Below are positions 23,230 through 36,175 of a DNA stretch of 64,000 bases, piece after piece. The translations under genes were made by a program, and so were the position numbers. The DNA is from Anthoceros angustus (taxonomy: Eukaryota > Plantae > Anthocerotophyta): the NCBI GenBank assembly GCA_010909165.1, contig MU008158.1, positions 1,761,478 through 1,825,477 of the forward strand, read 5' to 3'. The notes under the pieces are model-generated. The model was not told where the DNA came from and searched no databases. It saw only the letters and a program-made list of their open reading frames with translations. Every line of letters starts with the position of its first letter. Positions within the stretch are counted from its first letter, which is position 1.

Positions 23230-25324
23230 TTATACTGCCCATGGGGTACTCGGATCCTGCTGCTTACGTCGCTTACGTCCCTTGAGGAGTACTGTCAGGA
23301 CATAAGCTTGGAAGCTGCTGCATACTCCAACTTTGATAAGCTTGAACGAATCCAGGCGAGGGATACGTAGGACGCGGCTCGAAGCTAGCTATCTCGATGG
23401 AGCTCGTGAGCTTCACTCCGAAGTTGGCGATGTCACCTGCCCATTCTGGGTTTGCTGCCGCTTCGTTTCGTTCCTTCGTTTTATTTTCTTTTGCTTTCGC
23501 GGGCGCAGAATATACGAAGGGAATGTGCTTGCAGCCGTCCATGCACGGATAGAGTACCCCTGGGACATGTACTCCTGTTGCTGTTTGGTAGTTTTCCCAA
23601 ATGCAACAGAGCTCCAGAGACTATGGAGACCACCCTGCAGGGGATCCCAAGCTGTGGAAAGCACAAGGTTTGGGGTTTCATAATGAGAGAGGCAAAGCCA
23701 CGGCCAAAGAACCTACTGTGCATCTACTGGAAAGAGACAAAGAATTGAGCGGGCGTGTTGGTAGAACCCCTCTGAATTTGCAAGCAGTTCCTCGTGGACT
23801 TCAAACACTAACTGTCAAGACGGCTTGTTAAGACGAACTGCTCGACTGTGAAAAGCCCGCGCAGAAGGAAGAGACCAAGCGGAACCTCCCATGAGATCCA
23901 GCCTCCATTCTGAAGCATGTTGAGAAGCCTGCATATCTGGAACACGTCTACCACAATCTGTGTCAGGGCGTACTCATGAGTTACATGCCACTGTGAACCG
24001 TGATATTAATCAAGCACAATACAACAACCCACCTAAGCGGCAATTACTTGGGATCAATCCATTCCTTTCGATGGTACGCACATCCAGGTTGCTCAGATGT
24101 CACAATGAGATACGTATCATCACCTTCCCCTGTGACCTGGACATTTCTGACACAGTATCATGTGACGTCCGAACTCAACACAAGCAAGACTTCCAGCCGC
24201 AATCAGGCAAACCGTTCGTGAGTATAACCCGCACCTTGTAGAGCTCTTCATAACGCTGAGCCAACTGAGCACATTCCTCCATCACATCCATTCTCATAGA
24301 AAATTGGCAGCTGCATAGGTTCAAAATTGCAGCCCTTCAAGAACTTATGAGCGAAAATGACCAGAGCCAGACTCAAATCGTAACCAAGAGCCCTCAGATA
24401 GTACACTCTGCTTCCCGCAACATCCGTACCTGGACCGAATTATAAAACATGGATGTGAGAAAATTCGTGATCATCACACAAGCCCTAGCAAAGATTCAAC
24501 ACCCAACTGCCCACACCTTTCACCAAGTCCGCAATCCCCAAAGCTTGAACAAGGTCGACAGGGTTCTTGAGGTTTGCCTCTTCCCTTCTTGTCCCCAACG
24601 TCCTCACAACTTCATCATCGGCCTAAGCAGATCCAAGAGCTGCACATGAAAAGCTAACTCCACGACACAGCCAGCAACTACTCGACCACAACGAGCACTC
24701 ACCTCATCATTAGAAATGGGGACCGAGTCATGAATAACATTCCCAACAAGTTTCAACCCCTTAACCATTTCCTGACAAGTGCGCTTCAATGCAGTCCACT
24801 CCACTGCCCTCCGTTCCAGGTCGATCGCATTTTCTCCTTTCAGAAGATCCGCCAAGCCAGGTCAACACAACCTCTGAGCAGTAGAATCTGCTTCACGACC
24901 AGTGCTTGCTTTCCAGCTCGGTCGTGCTTTCTCCTTTCTGAAGGAATCTGCCGAACCAGGTCACTAAGCCCTGAGCAGTCGGATCTGCTTCACGACGAGT
25001 ACACTATTTCCAGGAGGCCACTTACACGTGTGTCGTAAAAGGGCGACACCCTTGTTGAGCTTGTTATACTCTGACTGGATCAAAGTGCTGTCCTGAAACC
25101 CGATCAAAGGGCTTCTTCAGTTAGCGATGCAACCCTCCAGAGGTCCCCACCCTTTTTCACAAAAACAAACACGGGTGTGAAGGGGACATGCCCTGCCACC
25201 ACTCCGTGTCGAGCTTGATAATCTCATCGACCAGCTCCACACTGGCAAATCGTGTGTGCTGGGACTCCCTCACCCCGAGAGGCTGAGGGCCCTTCTCCGT
25301 CCGAGACAAGCTGATGTTCAACAT
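23230..25324 (-). pseudogene. SerRS: Cytosolic seryl-tRNA synthetase, intron-containing decayed copy
   Basis: MLNISLSRTEKG..RESQHTRFASVELVDEIIKLD, EYNKLNK, VGNVIHDSVPISNDE, LKNPVDLV, ECAQLAQ.YEELYK and YAGFSTCFRMEAGSHGR. Frameshifts near 24298 and 23880, degenerate motif 2, in-frame stops, eroded 3' end. Confidence 0.82.
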
Positions 25325-28252
25325 GGTTCGCTGCTCGAGCTTGCTCGCTTTCTGCGGGCAAAAACGCCCTTACGAATTACCTCGCCTCGTCCCAAGCGTT
25401 CACTAAATTCGTCCAACACGCCCCCCGGGCCCCGGCCTCTCCTCCCCAGACAGCACCCGCCGTTAGTGAGAAGTGAACCAAGCCCGTCCGAATTCAGCAT
25501 CGTTGCGGTGGTGAGAAGTCGAAACGGCGTCGAGCGCGGTGGCTGAGGACAGCCTTTGCGACCAAGATTGAGATTGCCGGGGGCATGGAGTTGTGAAAGA
25601 AGCCACTTTTCGGGCGGTCCTGAGAGTCCAATTTTGAAAGACATGGTTTCAAATTTGATTCTTTGGTACTGTGGTTTCTCTCGGAACGTGACCCTGTTGG
25701 AGCTACTGTGGACTACCTGTTGTTGACGAGCGCCTTCAAGCACCGTCCTGGTTACATGACACAGAGCTTAAAGGAGCCCACAATTCCGATATCGACAACA
25801 GGGAATTTGAAGTGACGCGAAGAAGAAATGCTGTGACCCCATCTGGATGCTGTTGGATTCCGAGAGTGGTAGGAACATGCCAGGGGAAGGATGTCAGCTT
25901 GCTGCACCCTTTCCCAGCAATCAGCACCTGCAGAATTGGAATCGACACAGAGGAGATCCGGAGGCACTCACACCAGGCTGGATTGCCAGGATCCTGGTGC
26001 AGAGAACCACACGGAGACTCCTCCCCTGTCCATGTCTTACTCCCATGACGAGCAGCTGCAGGGGTGCGTGCAGAAATCAGGCGCCACCCCAACAGTTCTC
26101 TCGCGACGATGGCGAGCCCGACATACAGGGCCTTACTCTCATCACCAGAACACGGAAGCTCTCCGTATAACAACGCCGTGATTAAGCATCCTGAGCTTAG
26201 ATCGGTACTTAGATGGGGTGCCTAAAGGGAGTGGATGCCCTTGGTGCAAGTAGTTTAGGCACTCCATGGTACAAGTTGTTAAGTACCAAGTCCCGTGACG
26301 GAAATCCGTCCTTAGTGGACTTAAATAAAATTCTTCTTCTTCTCCGGCTGACGTAGCATTAGCTGATGGGGGCTAGGGAAAAATAATATGACTCCATGAA
26401 ATTCTGAGAATGCACGGGTGGACTAATAGTACATATACGCCAAGGTGGCTTAGTCCGTGCTTCGCCCCAACTGCAGGCCCACCCTGCCCCGCCTCCGTGC
26501 GGCGCCCCTTCTCGCCCCGCCTCGCCTTGGTGATTCGCCCCCCTCGCCCCTCCACGCCTGTGTGCCTCGGCAGCTGGCCCTGCCTGCCCCGCCTGCATGC
26601 CGCGCACCTACTCGCCCCAACTAGACTGCCTGCCTTGCCCCTCGTCGCCCTGCCCACCTTCCGTCCCTGGGCTTGGCTCATCCCGCCCTGCCCCGCCTGC
26701 GTAACGCGCCCCGACCCGTCTGGACGCGCCTGGCTGCCAGGACCCGCCTAGACGCACCTGCGCGCCTGCGTGGACGCTCTTGCCTGCCTCGCCCCTCGTC
26801 GCCCCGCCCGCCTGCGTACCTCGCCCCTCCTTCCCCCGTCCCGTCTGTCTGCCTCGCCACTGGTCGCCCCAAGCAGCGTCCGTGCATCCCCCAAATCAGC
26901 CCCGCCAAGCCTGTGTTCCTCGCCCCTCAGGGGCCCTCGCCCCTGCCCAAACCCTGCTCCCACCGTCCCACCCTCCTAGGAGATGAACCCTAAAAACGGG
27001 CAGTGGCTTGGCAGTGGCTTGCCCCGCACCCTAAAGTGGAACAGAGCACGCGCAAAAAAAAATTTTGGTGCCCGCGCAAGAAAAAATCACATTACGCGAA
27101 AAAAAGGAAGTTCCCTTTCTGTGTACCGGTGAGCGCGAAGTGGCCGCTTTGGTGCATCCGCTTTGGGCTACCCCATTTTGGTCGGGTTACCAAACCGACA
27201 CCAAACAGACATGTGGTGTGAATAAAAGTTTTGCGCGCAGAAAAAATGCCCCGTCCCCTCTGTCCTCTTTGATATGCCGTATTACAGCCTATGTGGACCA
27301 GCTCTATAATGGGCTTGGTGAGGAGTGGAGACTCAAATACTAGTCTCAATTATTACCACTCTCTTGTATTGCCTGCCAGACCAAGGACTACCTCGGTCTT
27401 TCAAACGAGACTCACGAGATAATGCTCAAGACAGGCATGGCTTGCAAAACACGCTTAGCATACTTCATTTTGCGCAAAGAATCTAGGTGGGAAATCTAAC
27501 AAATTGCCTACTGATAGATACATACTGATAGAGAGCATTTGCTTGCCGCACACTTGTTGATGAGAACACATGTTGATGAGAACACATGGGTGGTAATTGA
27601 AAAGCCCTAATTTGCTTCAAGTTTTAATGAAGGAGCTTCGGTTTTTCTTTCACTCTAGAGTTAAATAACTGTCTTGTGTAAAACATCTACCCCCATTCAA
27701 TATTAATTTATTAAAGATAAATAAAAGCTTTAATATGTCGGTGAAAGCGGATCGAGTCCTCCCTTCAGGTGTGGAGAGATGGTACTCCCTTCATAAGTAG
27801 ACACATCGAATCCTTCCTCCTCTTCAGGAGAGGAGAGATAGTCCTCCCTTCATAAGTAGACACATCGAATCCTTCCTTCGAGAACAATATCTAGAGGGTT
27901 CCACTCGAACTCCACGGTCAAGTACCCTTTGGATCGAATCACTCTTGGAAAGGGTGCTATCCATCCCTTCTTTTGTAAAAGGGCCCTACGCGGCCCGCCT
28001 GTTGGAAAAGCCTTCCGGGCTCCTCAGCATTAAATTCGCGATCAAGTTCATTATTTAGAAATAGACAGGTGGCAAAAATATCCACATACATGTCAGAGGT
28101 CACAGAGGGGCAAGGAACATGATACAGGGGAGCCAGAGACGACAATTACGAGTGGCTGCCAGGAAGGCGGTGGAGGTTCAAATGAATCCATGCAGGGTTT
28201 GCGTGAATGAATCAATGCAGGACTTGCGTGAACATTTGCAGACACGGCAGTG

Positions 28253-29853
28253 TCAGACTTTTCCCTGTAGATTCGTCACACGTGCAAAATTGGCAGGACC
28301 GTCTTCCAGGTTGGGCATGAAGACGCCGTTGCATAGTTTGAGGGTCTCCATGTTGAGTTTCTTCAGCTCCGAATGCGCCGAGAGGCGTGTGATGCTGGAG
28401 TGCGGTAGGTCCGTCCACGACCCGCTCTTGATATCGTACACCGTTCTCAGGCCCGAGCAGTCCACCGCACACTTGGCATTACACTGCGAAGACTGAGTGA
28501 AAACAATGCGCCCATCGTGAGTCGCAATTGAGCTCTGGCGGGACATGTCCGCAATTCTGTAGGGGTTCTGCCCCAGGACCTTCCACTTCCATGCGGACGC
28601 CTCCTGGTCGGCGTCGCGCACCAGCTCCAAAATGAAGTAGGTCTCGGCTGCACGTACGCGGACGACGACGAACGAAGAACGTGTGAGAAACACAGCCCGT
28701 TGAGAGGCCGAGAAAAAAAAGGAGAAAAGGTGCAACGATGAAGAGGCAACAACGACAACAAATTGAATTGGCTATGTGTGTACGTACTTGTGTCTTGGCG
28801 CAATTGCGCGGTCCCAAACATGCGGCCCTGCCACTCGCTGATGCAGTTAGGGATGAGAAGGAATTCTTTGCCGTCCACGGTGATCTTGGAGGAGGCGATC
28901 TCGTCGCTGCTGATCCAGCCTCCCTGCGCCAGATCGAACACGGCCAGGCGCTGGCGGGCTAGCAGATGCATCCCGGCGCGGAGGTTGATCGACTTCTCCA
29001 CCAGGCAGTAGAGCAGGCCGGGGTTGGCCGGCGTGTTGACAGACCCTACCAGCACGTTGCAGCCATCCGGGAGGCGGTACTCGGGGCCCCAGCCGCTCCA
29101 GCCCGAGCGGAAGAGTGTGACGGAGGTGACCGTGGAGGCGTAGTCCCGGGGGGATTTGAGGCCGGCGGCGAAGATGGTGAAATCCGCGCGCCTCCAGCTG
29201 CTTCGCGGAGGCTGAGCCTGCAAGGGCTTGGATTTGTACATCCGGCAGTAGTACATGCCGAAATTTTTCACCGCCGGGAGCTCCACGCTCCAGTCTGTGG
29301 CCGGGTTCCAGAGCGTAACGCACAGGTCTTCCAGCGACGTCCCGAAGCAGAAAATCCCGCCTGCTCCCGACACGAACGCCACTCTCCCCCCGCGCCCTGG
29401 CCTGCAGAAAGGCGGCAACCGCTCCCAATTCTCCGTTTGCATGTTGTACCCCACGCTCTCCAGCGCGATGGAGCCGGCGCTGGAGACCGCTCCCGCGCCG
29501 GGGCCGGAACCGTTCCGATCAAGAAAGAAGACCGGCGAGTGCTCCCCCCACATCTGCCTGCCCGCGGGCCCGTCCGCAGACAACACCGCGTTCCAAGTCC
29601 GGCACACGCACCTGGCGATGCAGCGCGACTGGAAGCCCGGGAGGAAGCCGAAGATCTTGCTCCATATCTCTTCCGGCAGAAACACGTCTCCCGGGCCCTG
29701 GCCCGACCCCGGCACCTTCATGCCCTGGCTGCCACTACAGTCGTCTGCCGCCGCGTGGCTCTTGGCGCGCTCCGGTTTGAAGCTTCTGCGGTGGCTCACG
29801 CTAAACTTGTGCACAGAGCGCGAGACCATGGCGGAATCCTGATCCACCGCCAT
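28253..29853 (-). CDS. F-box protein with kelch/FBA-like C-terminal region (2 exons, about 486 aa)
   Basis: F-box LPEEIWSKIFGFLP..ARCVCRTWN; WNPATDWSVELP. A phase-1 intron at 28787-28648 (GTACGT..TGCAG) joins two ORFs in frame. Confidence 0.85.
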
Positions 29854-31188
29854 GGAATAAAAGGCAAGCTCCGCTGTCACACACACTCCCCGATTCTAGC
29901 AGGAAAGATAAAGCTCCTGCGCACACACTCCAATTTCTTCTTCTTTTCCTTCCTCGCAGGGCTGGCAAGAAAGACAAAGCTCTTGCACCACACACTCCAA
30001 TTTCTTCTTCCTCTTCGTTCCGCGCCGGGCTCGCAGAAAAGGGAAGCTCGCTCGGTGACGCACACACAAACTCCGATTTCCCCTCCTTCTTCCTTCCCCG
30101 CTGGGCTCGCAAGAAAGGCAAACTCCCTTGGCGCACAAACTCCAAGTACTCCTCCTTTCGTCCTCGCGCCGCTCGCCTCCTCCTCCTGCTCCTCCCCGAT
30201 ACCGAATAAAAAGACAAAAGCCGGCCGAGGCCAGCTTCCCCGCGCGGGACGGGGAGGCACAGCCAGAGGTGGCCTATCTTGTGCAGCAGGAAAAGCAGAA
30301 TCCGAAAAGCGGGAAAGCAGCCAATGCGCAGGCGCGCACCGCCACACCCTTTCAAGGGCCGGGCCGCAGAACGTAACGCTGGAGTCCGGAGGAGCAGCCT
30401 GCCTTCTGCCTCCTGCAAGCCTGGCCTGGCAGGCGAGGATGCGTGCCGGGTTTAAGGCCGCCTGGCACGCGCTTGCGGGAGGAGGAGACAGATGGCAGAA
30501 CGGACCCCGTTTCCATAGTCAACAGACGAGGCGCCAGGCTACAACGCTGTCGGTTTCCTGATACGTGCGCGCCTCTCTTGCAAAACGTGATACCGCGTTG
30601 GCACCGACGGCTGCCAGTGAAACGCACACGCGCCGCTTATCACCAGCAATCGCAGCAAAGACTCGGAGAGCATGGGAAATAAACAAGGAACCTTCTGTGC
30701 GGCAAGACGAAGGAATGGAAAGGAAAAAAAGGAAGGAAAAAACTGGAGAGAGACCTTTACTTTTTGCACATGCGTGCCACCACCCCGGGTATACCCTTCA
30801 AAGCGACGTGCCTTACGTGTCGCTTTGACAACAGCCACGAAGTACCCAGCCCATATTCACCGCGGGCAGTGCCACAATGTGTGTATGTACATGGTAATGG
30901 AGCTTCACCTAAGTGCCCCACGCACAACCGTCCAAGATAGTCTTATGCTCTTTGTAACAAGATTGACAAGGATCAGGGCGGGCGAGGGGTGGCCCATAGG
31001 ACACGACCAAAGCAAGGGATGGCGGGGGGTGGCCCAAAGGACACGACCAAAGCAACATACAGGCAGCATCAGTGATTGAAGCAAATGGCACGGGACCATG
31101 GCGTGACCAGGTCAACAAGGTATATTATGGAAGGAACATAAATCCCCTTTGACCATATGCAGCTCGGACGCCTGCAGACGCATGAGGA

Positions 31189-31870
31189 TCAGGTGAGGTC
31201 GTCTTCCACGGCCTCGTCCCGTGCCTTCAGCGCCTCCTTTGCATGTAGCAAGAGTGTGGTTCTCCATTGATCCTATGCAAGGCGGGTGAGGTGGGTCAGT
31301 CCAGGCTTGTCGGTGTGACTAGGAAAGATAAACCAACAATTGTCGACAGCACAAGGCAAGCAAGGAAGAGACGGAAGCCGAAGAGTCACTCACCAACCGG
31401 GATAGGCTCTGGTACTCTATCACGGTGTCTGTCAACTTTGCCACGTCCGACTCCTCTACTCTTGTTGCCACGGTCTGTAGCAATGGGCAGGGTCAGGACC
31501 AGACGTACTGTACCACTTGCAGTCATTTCAGCTCACCTGCCGGATGCGACGCCGCGAATACCATTAAGAATTTACACTCCCGGTCTGATTCAAAACTCGT
31601 ATCCAAATCCTACACAAGGTTACAGCAAATCCCCATCAAGGATACCACCAATTCACGTTCTACATGCAACGGTGCTAAAACCTGACTGCTTGTTACGGAC
31701 CTGGATGGCGTTCAGCACAGCCACACCATTCATTTTGCAGATTTGGCAAATGCCAGCATTCATGAGATGGTCCTTCACACCAAATCTTAGCACATTGCTT
31801 TCAAACGATCGTTGTGCAACGTTACACCGTAGATGGCTCTCCGGCACGAGCACATGATTGTCTCAAGCTT
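31189..31870 (-). pseudogene. ASNAP: alpha-SNAP 3' fragment (about 4 exons), frameshifted, 5' part lost at the edge of the TE block
   Basis: SNVLRFGVKDHLMNAGICQIC / DLDTSFESDRECKFL / VEESDVAKLTDTVIEYQSLSRL / DQW(frameshift)TTLLLHAKEALKARDEAVEDDLT* matches the plant alpha-SNAP C-terminus (..EEDDLT). Confidence 0.85.
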
Positions 31871-31895
31871 ATGCAGCTACATATGTTACATCCAC

Positions 31896-32637
31896 TGTAA
31901 GGAACGGTGAATAGTAATAAATCGTAGTAAAAACCAGCAAATAAGGGTAGAAGCCATTAGTAAAATATAGAGCAAAGTAAGTAGAAAAATTGGGATGAAT
32001 AATAGTAAGTATTGGTAGTAAAATCTATCAGATAAGGCTAGCCCTCTACTAACCCAAGGGTCCGTGACAGTGGCAGAGTGGCAGTCGGGACGTTGACAAG
32101 CTCAAGTATAAATACTTGATCAATTAGAGAACTAGGCACGGTTCTCAAGCATATTTGTTATAGTAGTATCAGAGCCTGTGTCCAACTGTTGATTGGACTG
32201 TCTATCCTCACTTGGGGAACAAAATTAGCATTGGGAGTGAAGTTGATTCATCATCCAATGTCAAGTGGTCTTTGAAGTAGGACTTGTGGGTTCCTGCTCT
32301 TTGGATGAGTCACTGGGGGGAGTCAGATTAGTGTGGCGACGTGAACGTGCTGAGTTCTCCACAAGGGTGACTGTGGGAAACTCACATCTTCACATTGCAG
32401 CTTTCAAACCAGGGACCAGTGGCACCAGCTGAGGCAGCGAATGTGGACTTATCCCTACACCACTCGAAGACCACAGTCTCTCCTCAAAAATCTAGTGGAC
32501 CGGTCACAACATGTCTGGTTGTTAGAGAGTGTGGGAGGGAAATCTCGGGGCTCCAAAATTCACCCTCTAGCTGCCACACTTATCCCATTGTCGTATCGTA
32601 CACTGGATTTCATCTCATGAGATCTCCGATTGTCAGT
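31896..32637 (+). mobile_element. LTR retrotransposon 5' fragment: LTR of about 267 bp (31896-32162) followed by a tRNA-Met-type PBS
   Basis: Starts TGTAAG, has a TATAAATA box, ends ..GTTATA, then TAGTATCAGAGCC (one mismatch to TGGTATCAGAGCC). Confidence 0.6.
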
Positions 32638-35306
32638 TGTGGACCGCGGACTCTCCCCTGGGGTAGGAAATGAGTTAGGTTTTGTTTTTTCGTAGGCGCG
32701 GAGTAGAAAATAAGGCGGAAAGGAAGAAATAAGTCTGGAGTACTCCGGACTGCACTTCGAAGTAGGTCGAGGGACTCCGGAGTAGGTCGAAGGACTCCGA
32801 AGTAGGTCGAAGGACTCCGGAGTAGGACTCCGAAGTAGGTCGAAGGACTCCAGAGTAGGTCGAAGGACTCCGGCGTAGGCAGAAGGACTCCGGAGTGGGA
32901 CTCAAGTGGTCGAAGGACTCAAGTAGGTCGAAGGACTCCGTGAGGCGAGAGGACTCCGGAGTAGGCCGAAGGACTCCGGAGCACACTCCGGAGGAGCTAC
33001 GGACTACACTTTGGAGGGAGCCCGGATCGCACCGAGTGCCAGTAAGTCCTCCGGACTACACTCGGGCCAGTAGGATGAGTCGCCTGTAAAGTAACTTAGG
33101 AGTCAGGCGTATTTAAGCAGAGGAGCCACGTGGGAGATGCGAGAGGTGGAAGGGCATGCGTGCACTGGACCGTAGGGTTGCGATGGCGTTATGGCGGTAT
33201 TCACGCTCCGGAGTAAGCGGGCGTAAGGCTAAATGCTGTGGCTAAGGCGGAGTAAGCGGAAGCGTAAGGCGGGAGTAAGCCATGCAGGCCTCTGACAGTT
33301 ACGGGCAGCGAAGAGCCGCCCTTCCGCGCGGCGGTTACTCTCGACGGAGCGGACCGGGGCGGAGGTCATTCTTCCAAGCAACCTCGCGGCGGTTCTCGCA
33401 GTCTCTCGCGCTCAGACACCCGGCTCTCTGGCGTTGTCTTTTCGAGCGCTCAGGCACCCTCACGCGTGGCTCGTCCTTGTGGTTGGAGCGACTGACGCAG
33501 CGGCAGAGGAACGTGAGATTGTTGAGCTTCAAGCCCCAACAGCGGAACAAGAGGAGCGCGGCGATGGGACCCAAGAAAGCGGCGGAGGTGTGGGAACCAT
33601 GGCGCTTGGTGGAACGCAACATCGTCACCAAGCGCTACCCGGACTTCGGTCCTTGGCTAGAGGAGGCGGAGGAGCTGGTGGAGGACTGGCACCTGGATAT
33701 TTTCCAGTACGTATTTTCAGCCGCTATGGACCTTGACGCCTAGTCCGGAGTATGCCAAGATGCTTGCGGCCAACAAGGAGGTCCGCTTAAGAACTGCGGA
33801 GGACCCAGGAGGAGGTGGACCGTGGAGGAAGTCTGAGGCGGTCTACAACCGCCCAGAAGGAAGTAGGAGTGGTTCCAGCCGAAGGTGAAGGAAGGTGGAG
33901 GTGGCAGGCGGCCTCTTGCGACCGAGGCAGCGATCCTCCAACGGGTGGTCGATGCTCTGATCTCCGGGCGGAGGAATGCGATCAGTGGCGAAGATCATCG
34001 TCCACTAGAATATGCTCACCAAAGTGGACCACCTTGGGGATAATCTGCTAGTGTTCCTCCACGACTTACAGAGGGGGAAACGCGCCGACTGGGGTAGGAT
34101 CATATTCACCCGAATCAACCAGGAGGCCCGGAAGCTGAGAAGTGAGAAGCCACCCCCGTCGGCGTTGTCGCCGTTCATCATCCATGTGTGGGGGCACATG
34201 AACCTCCTGAAGGAGGGGGAAGAGGAGCGGGCGCTACGGAAGGGGCTGGCCGTCCTACGAGAGGCAGAGCGAGAAGGAAGAACGCAGGAGGCCGAGGTCC
34301 GTCCGACCCGGACCAAGCGGGTCCGGGAGGAGGGCAGCGGGAGGATTGGGACTCCATACGTGGAACGGACCCCTCGCCACCTGTGGAGGTGTGGAAGACA
34401 TTCCGCTTCCTCCTCTTGGTTCCCACCCAACACTGCGTGAGGAGGTAGCCAGGAAGGGAGGCTGGCGGGCGCAAGCTAATGACCCACGCTGGCCGAACCT
34501 CGCCCGGACTCGTGAAGCGAAAAGGCGGGCGCCTGTAACGCCCAAGACTGCATTCCCTTGCCCCTACCAACGGAGTGGCAGGAAGCGGAGGAGGCCGTGC
34601 GGAGGGCAGAGGGACGCCGCCGAGGAGGCGGAGGGCAGCGGCCACCCGAGCCTGCTATGTCCCCAAGCAGGAGGCAAGAGGGCTGGCCTCCTCCGGACTC
34701 CCTCACCACCTCCGAGCCCCAAGCGGAGAAGAGCGGAGAAGGAGCTAGCAGCCAAGAGGGCCAAAGAAGAAGAAGGTTCGGATCAAACACTCAGACACAG
34801 GTGTCCTCATTGGTCAACGTTGGTCCGCCTCGCTCCGGACTGGATGGCGGCCCCGACCGAGAGATGCCGGGCCGCGGACTTCTTAGGTGCCTCTCCAATA
34901 GCGACCGTGGAAGAGACACGGCGAGTTCTGGCAACCGTCATGGACGGTATGCTTTGGGGTCTCTGCAGAACGGCGGAGAAGACCCACGAAGTGGAGGCCA
35001 CCCGACGACGGATGGTGGAGCTCCAGGGTCAGGTGGAGGCGGCCCAAGCGGCCAGGAAGAAGGCGGAGTCCCTTGCGGGGATAGAGGAAGAGAAGCGCCG
35101 GAAGGCGGAGAGGGATGTCCGGTCCGTCCAACAAGATCGGACTAAGATCACACAATCTGCAGACAAGTGACAACAAAACAAGCAGGAGGCTTAGGCAAAG
35201 GCGGAGGACCTTTGCAAACGGCAGAAGCCGCTTCAAAGGAGGCTGGAGGAGGCCGCAGCAGGCGAGAAAGGGCCGGGACACAGCGAGGCTGCTCAATGAG
35301 AACAAG
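32638..35306 (+). mobile_element. Truncated giant LTR of family A (copy 1), with the best-preserved copy of the LTR-internal ORF (ATG 33564)
   Basis: Begins TGTGGACCGCGGACT and is colinear with 54579 onward. Encodes MGPKKAAEVWEPW.., KRADWGRIIFTRINQEARKL and a coiled-coil region. Confidence 0.75.
32761..32980. repeat. 20-bp minisatellite (AGTAGGTCGAAGGACTCCGG), about 11 degenerate copies
   Basis: Head-to-tail units with no unique spacers. Confidence 0.9.
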
Positions 35307-36175
35307 CGTGGAAGACCACATGTACACTAACCCTCCCACTGGTTGGTTTGAATGTTTTTTGTTTTCTTATGTTTTGTGTGATGGAGTGCTTAGGAAATGT
35401 CCGAGGCAAGGCCTTTTATACTAAAAGTTGTCCTTGGCCCATGGCAATATTACTTTTACAAATAATTAGTCCTTGGGCCTCGAACATGAATATCGGGGCC
35501 GAGGCTAGAAGGTCCTTGGACCTTGGGATTTTAGGAATAAAAATTGTCTATATAAGGTGGGGATCCTTCATTCAAAGAACATGCGCAGGGAAGTGGGAGG
35601 TGGCTAGTTCCACAACGGTGGCGAATATGGAACGACAGAATCGAGGGGGGGAGATAACAACCCTAGTTGCGGGCCGGGGTTGGCAGTGGTGAGCACTAGC
35701 GAGTTGGAGCGCAATTGGAAGAAGACCGCACCTTAATGCGTGACTGCGAGATTTCAAGGGTTCAGGCAGTTCGGCCGGGCGGACTGCAGTGAAGTTAAGT
35801 GAAGGAGGCGCATCACGACGAATGAGGAGCTCCAGAATGAAATTTCACGAGCCCAGGAACAAGTGGAGACGCCGGCACCTGGAGAAGTTCAAGAAGCTAG
35901 CGGAGAGGTATAGCGGAAGAGATGAGGCTAGGCGTGGATGGAGGAACGCCTTTGTTTGGCATCCGGTGATGAAGGGCGAGGCAACATGCGGGGGCGATGG
36001 GCAGGCACCTCCTTGCAGGAGTGAGAGGACCTCGGATAGCGGAGTGAGGTGGAGGTATTAAGGGAGAATCTTTCGGATCGGGCGTGGTAGGAGGCGAGGG
36101 AACACCCATGGGCCGGGTAGGCTGCAACGAGGCGGGCGGGTTGATTTTAGAGGCGGCATCATAGGTCAAGGGCTT

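Noticed and set aside
28966-30561. 531-aa plus-strand ORF
   Set aside because: Antisense shadow of the GC-rich F-box gene and its leader; no recognisable domain.
32761-32980. Possible CRISPR array
   Set aside because: Units are contiguous with no unique spacers, there are no cas genes, and the context is a eukaryotic retrotransposon.
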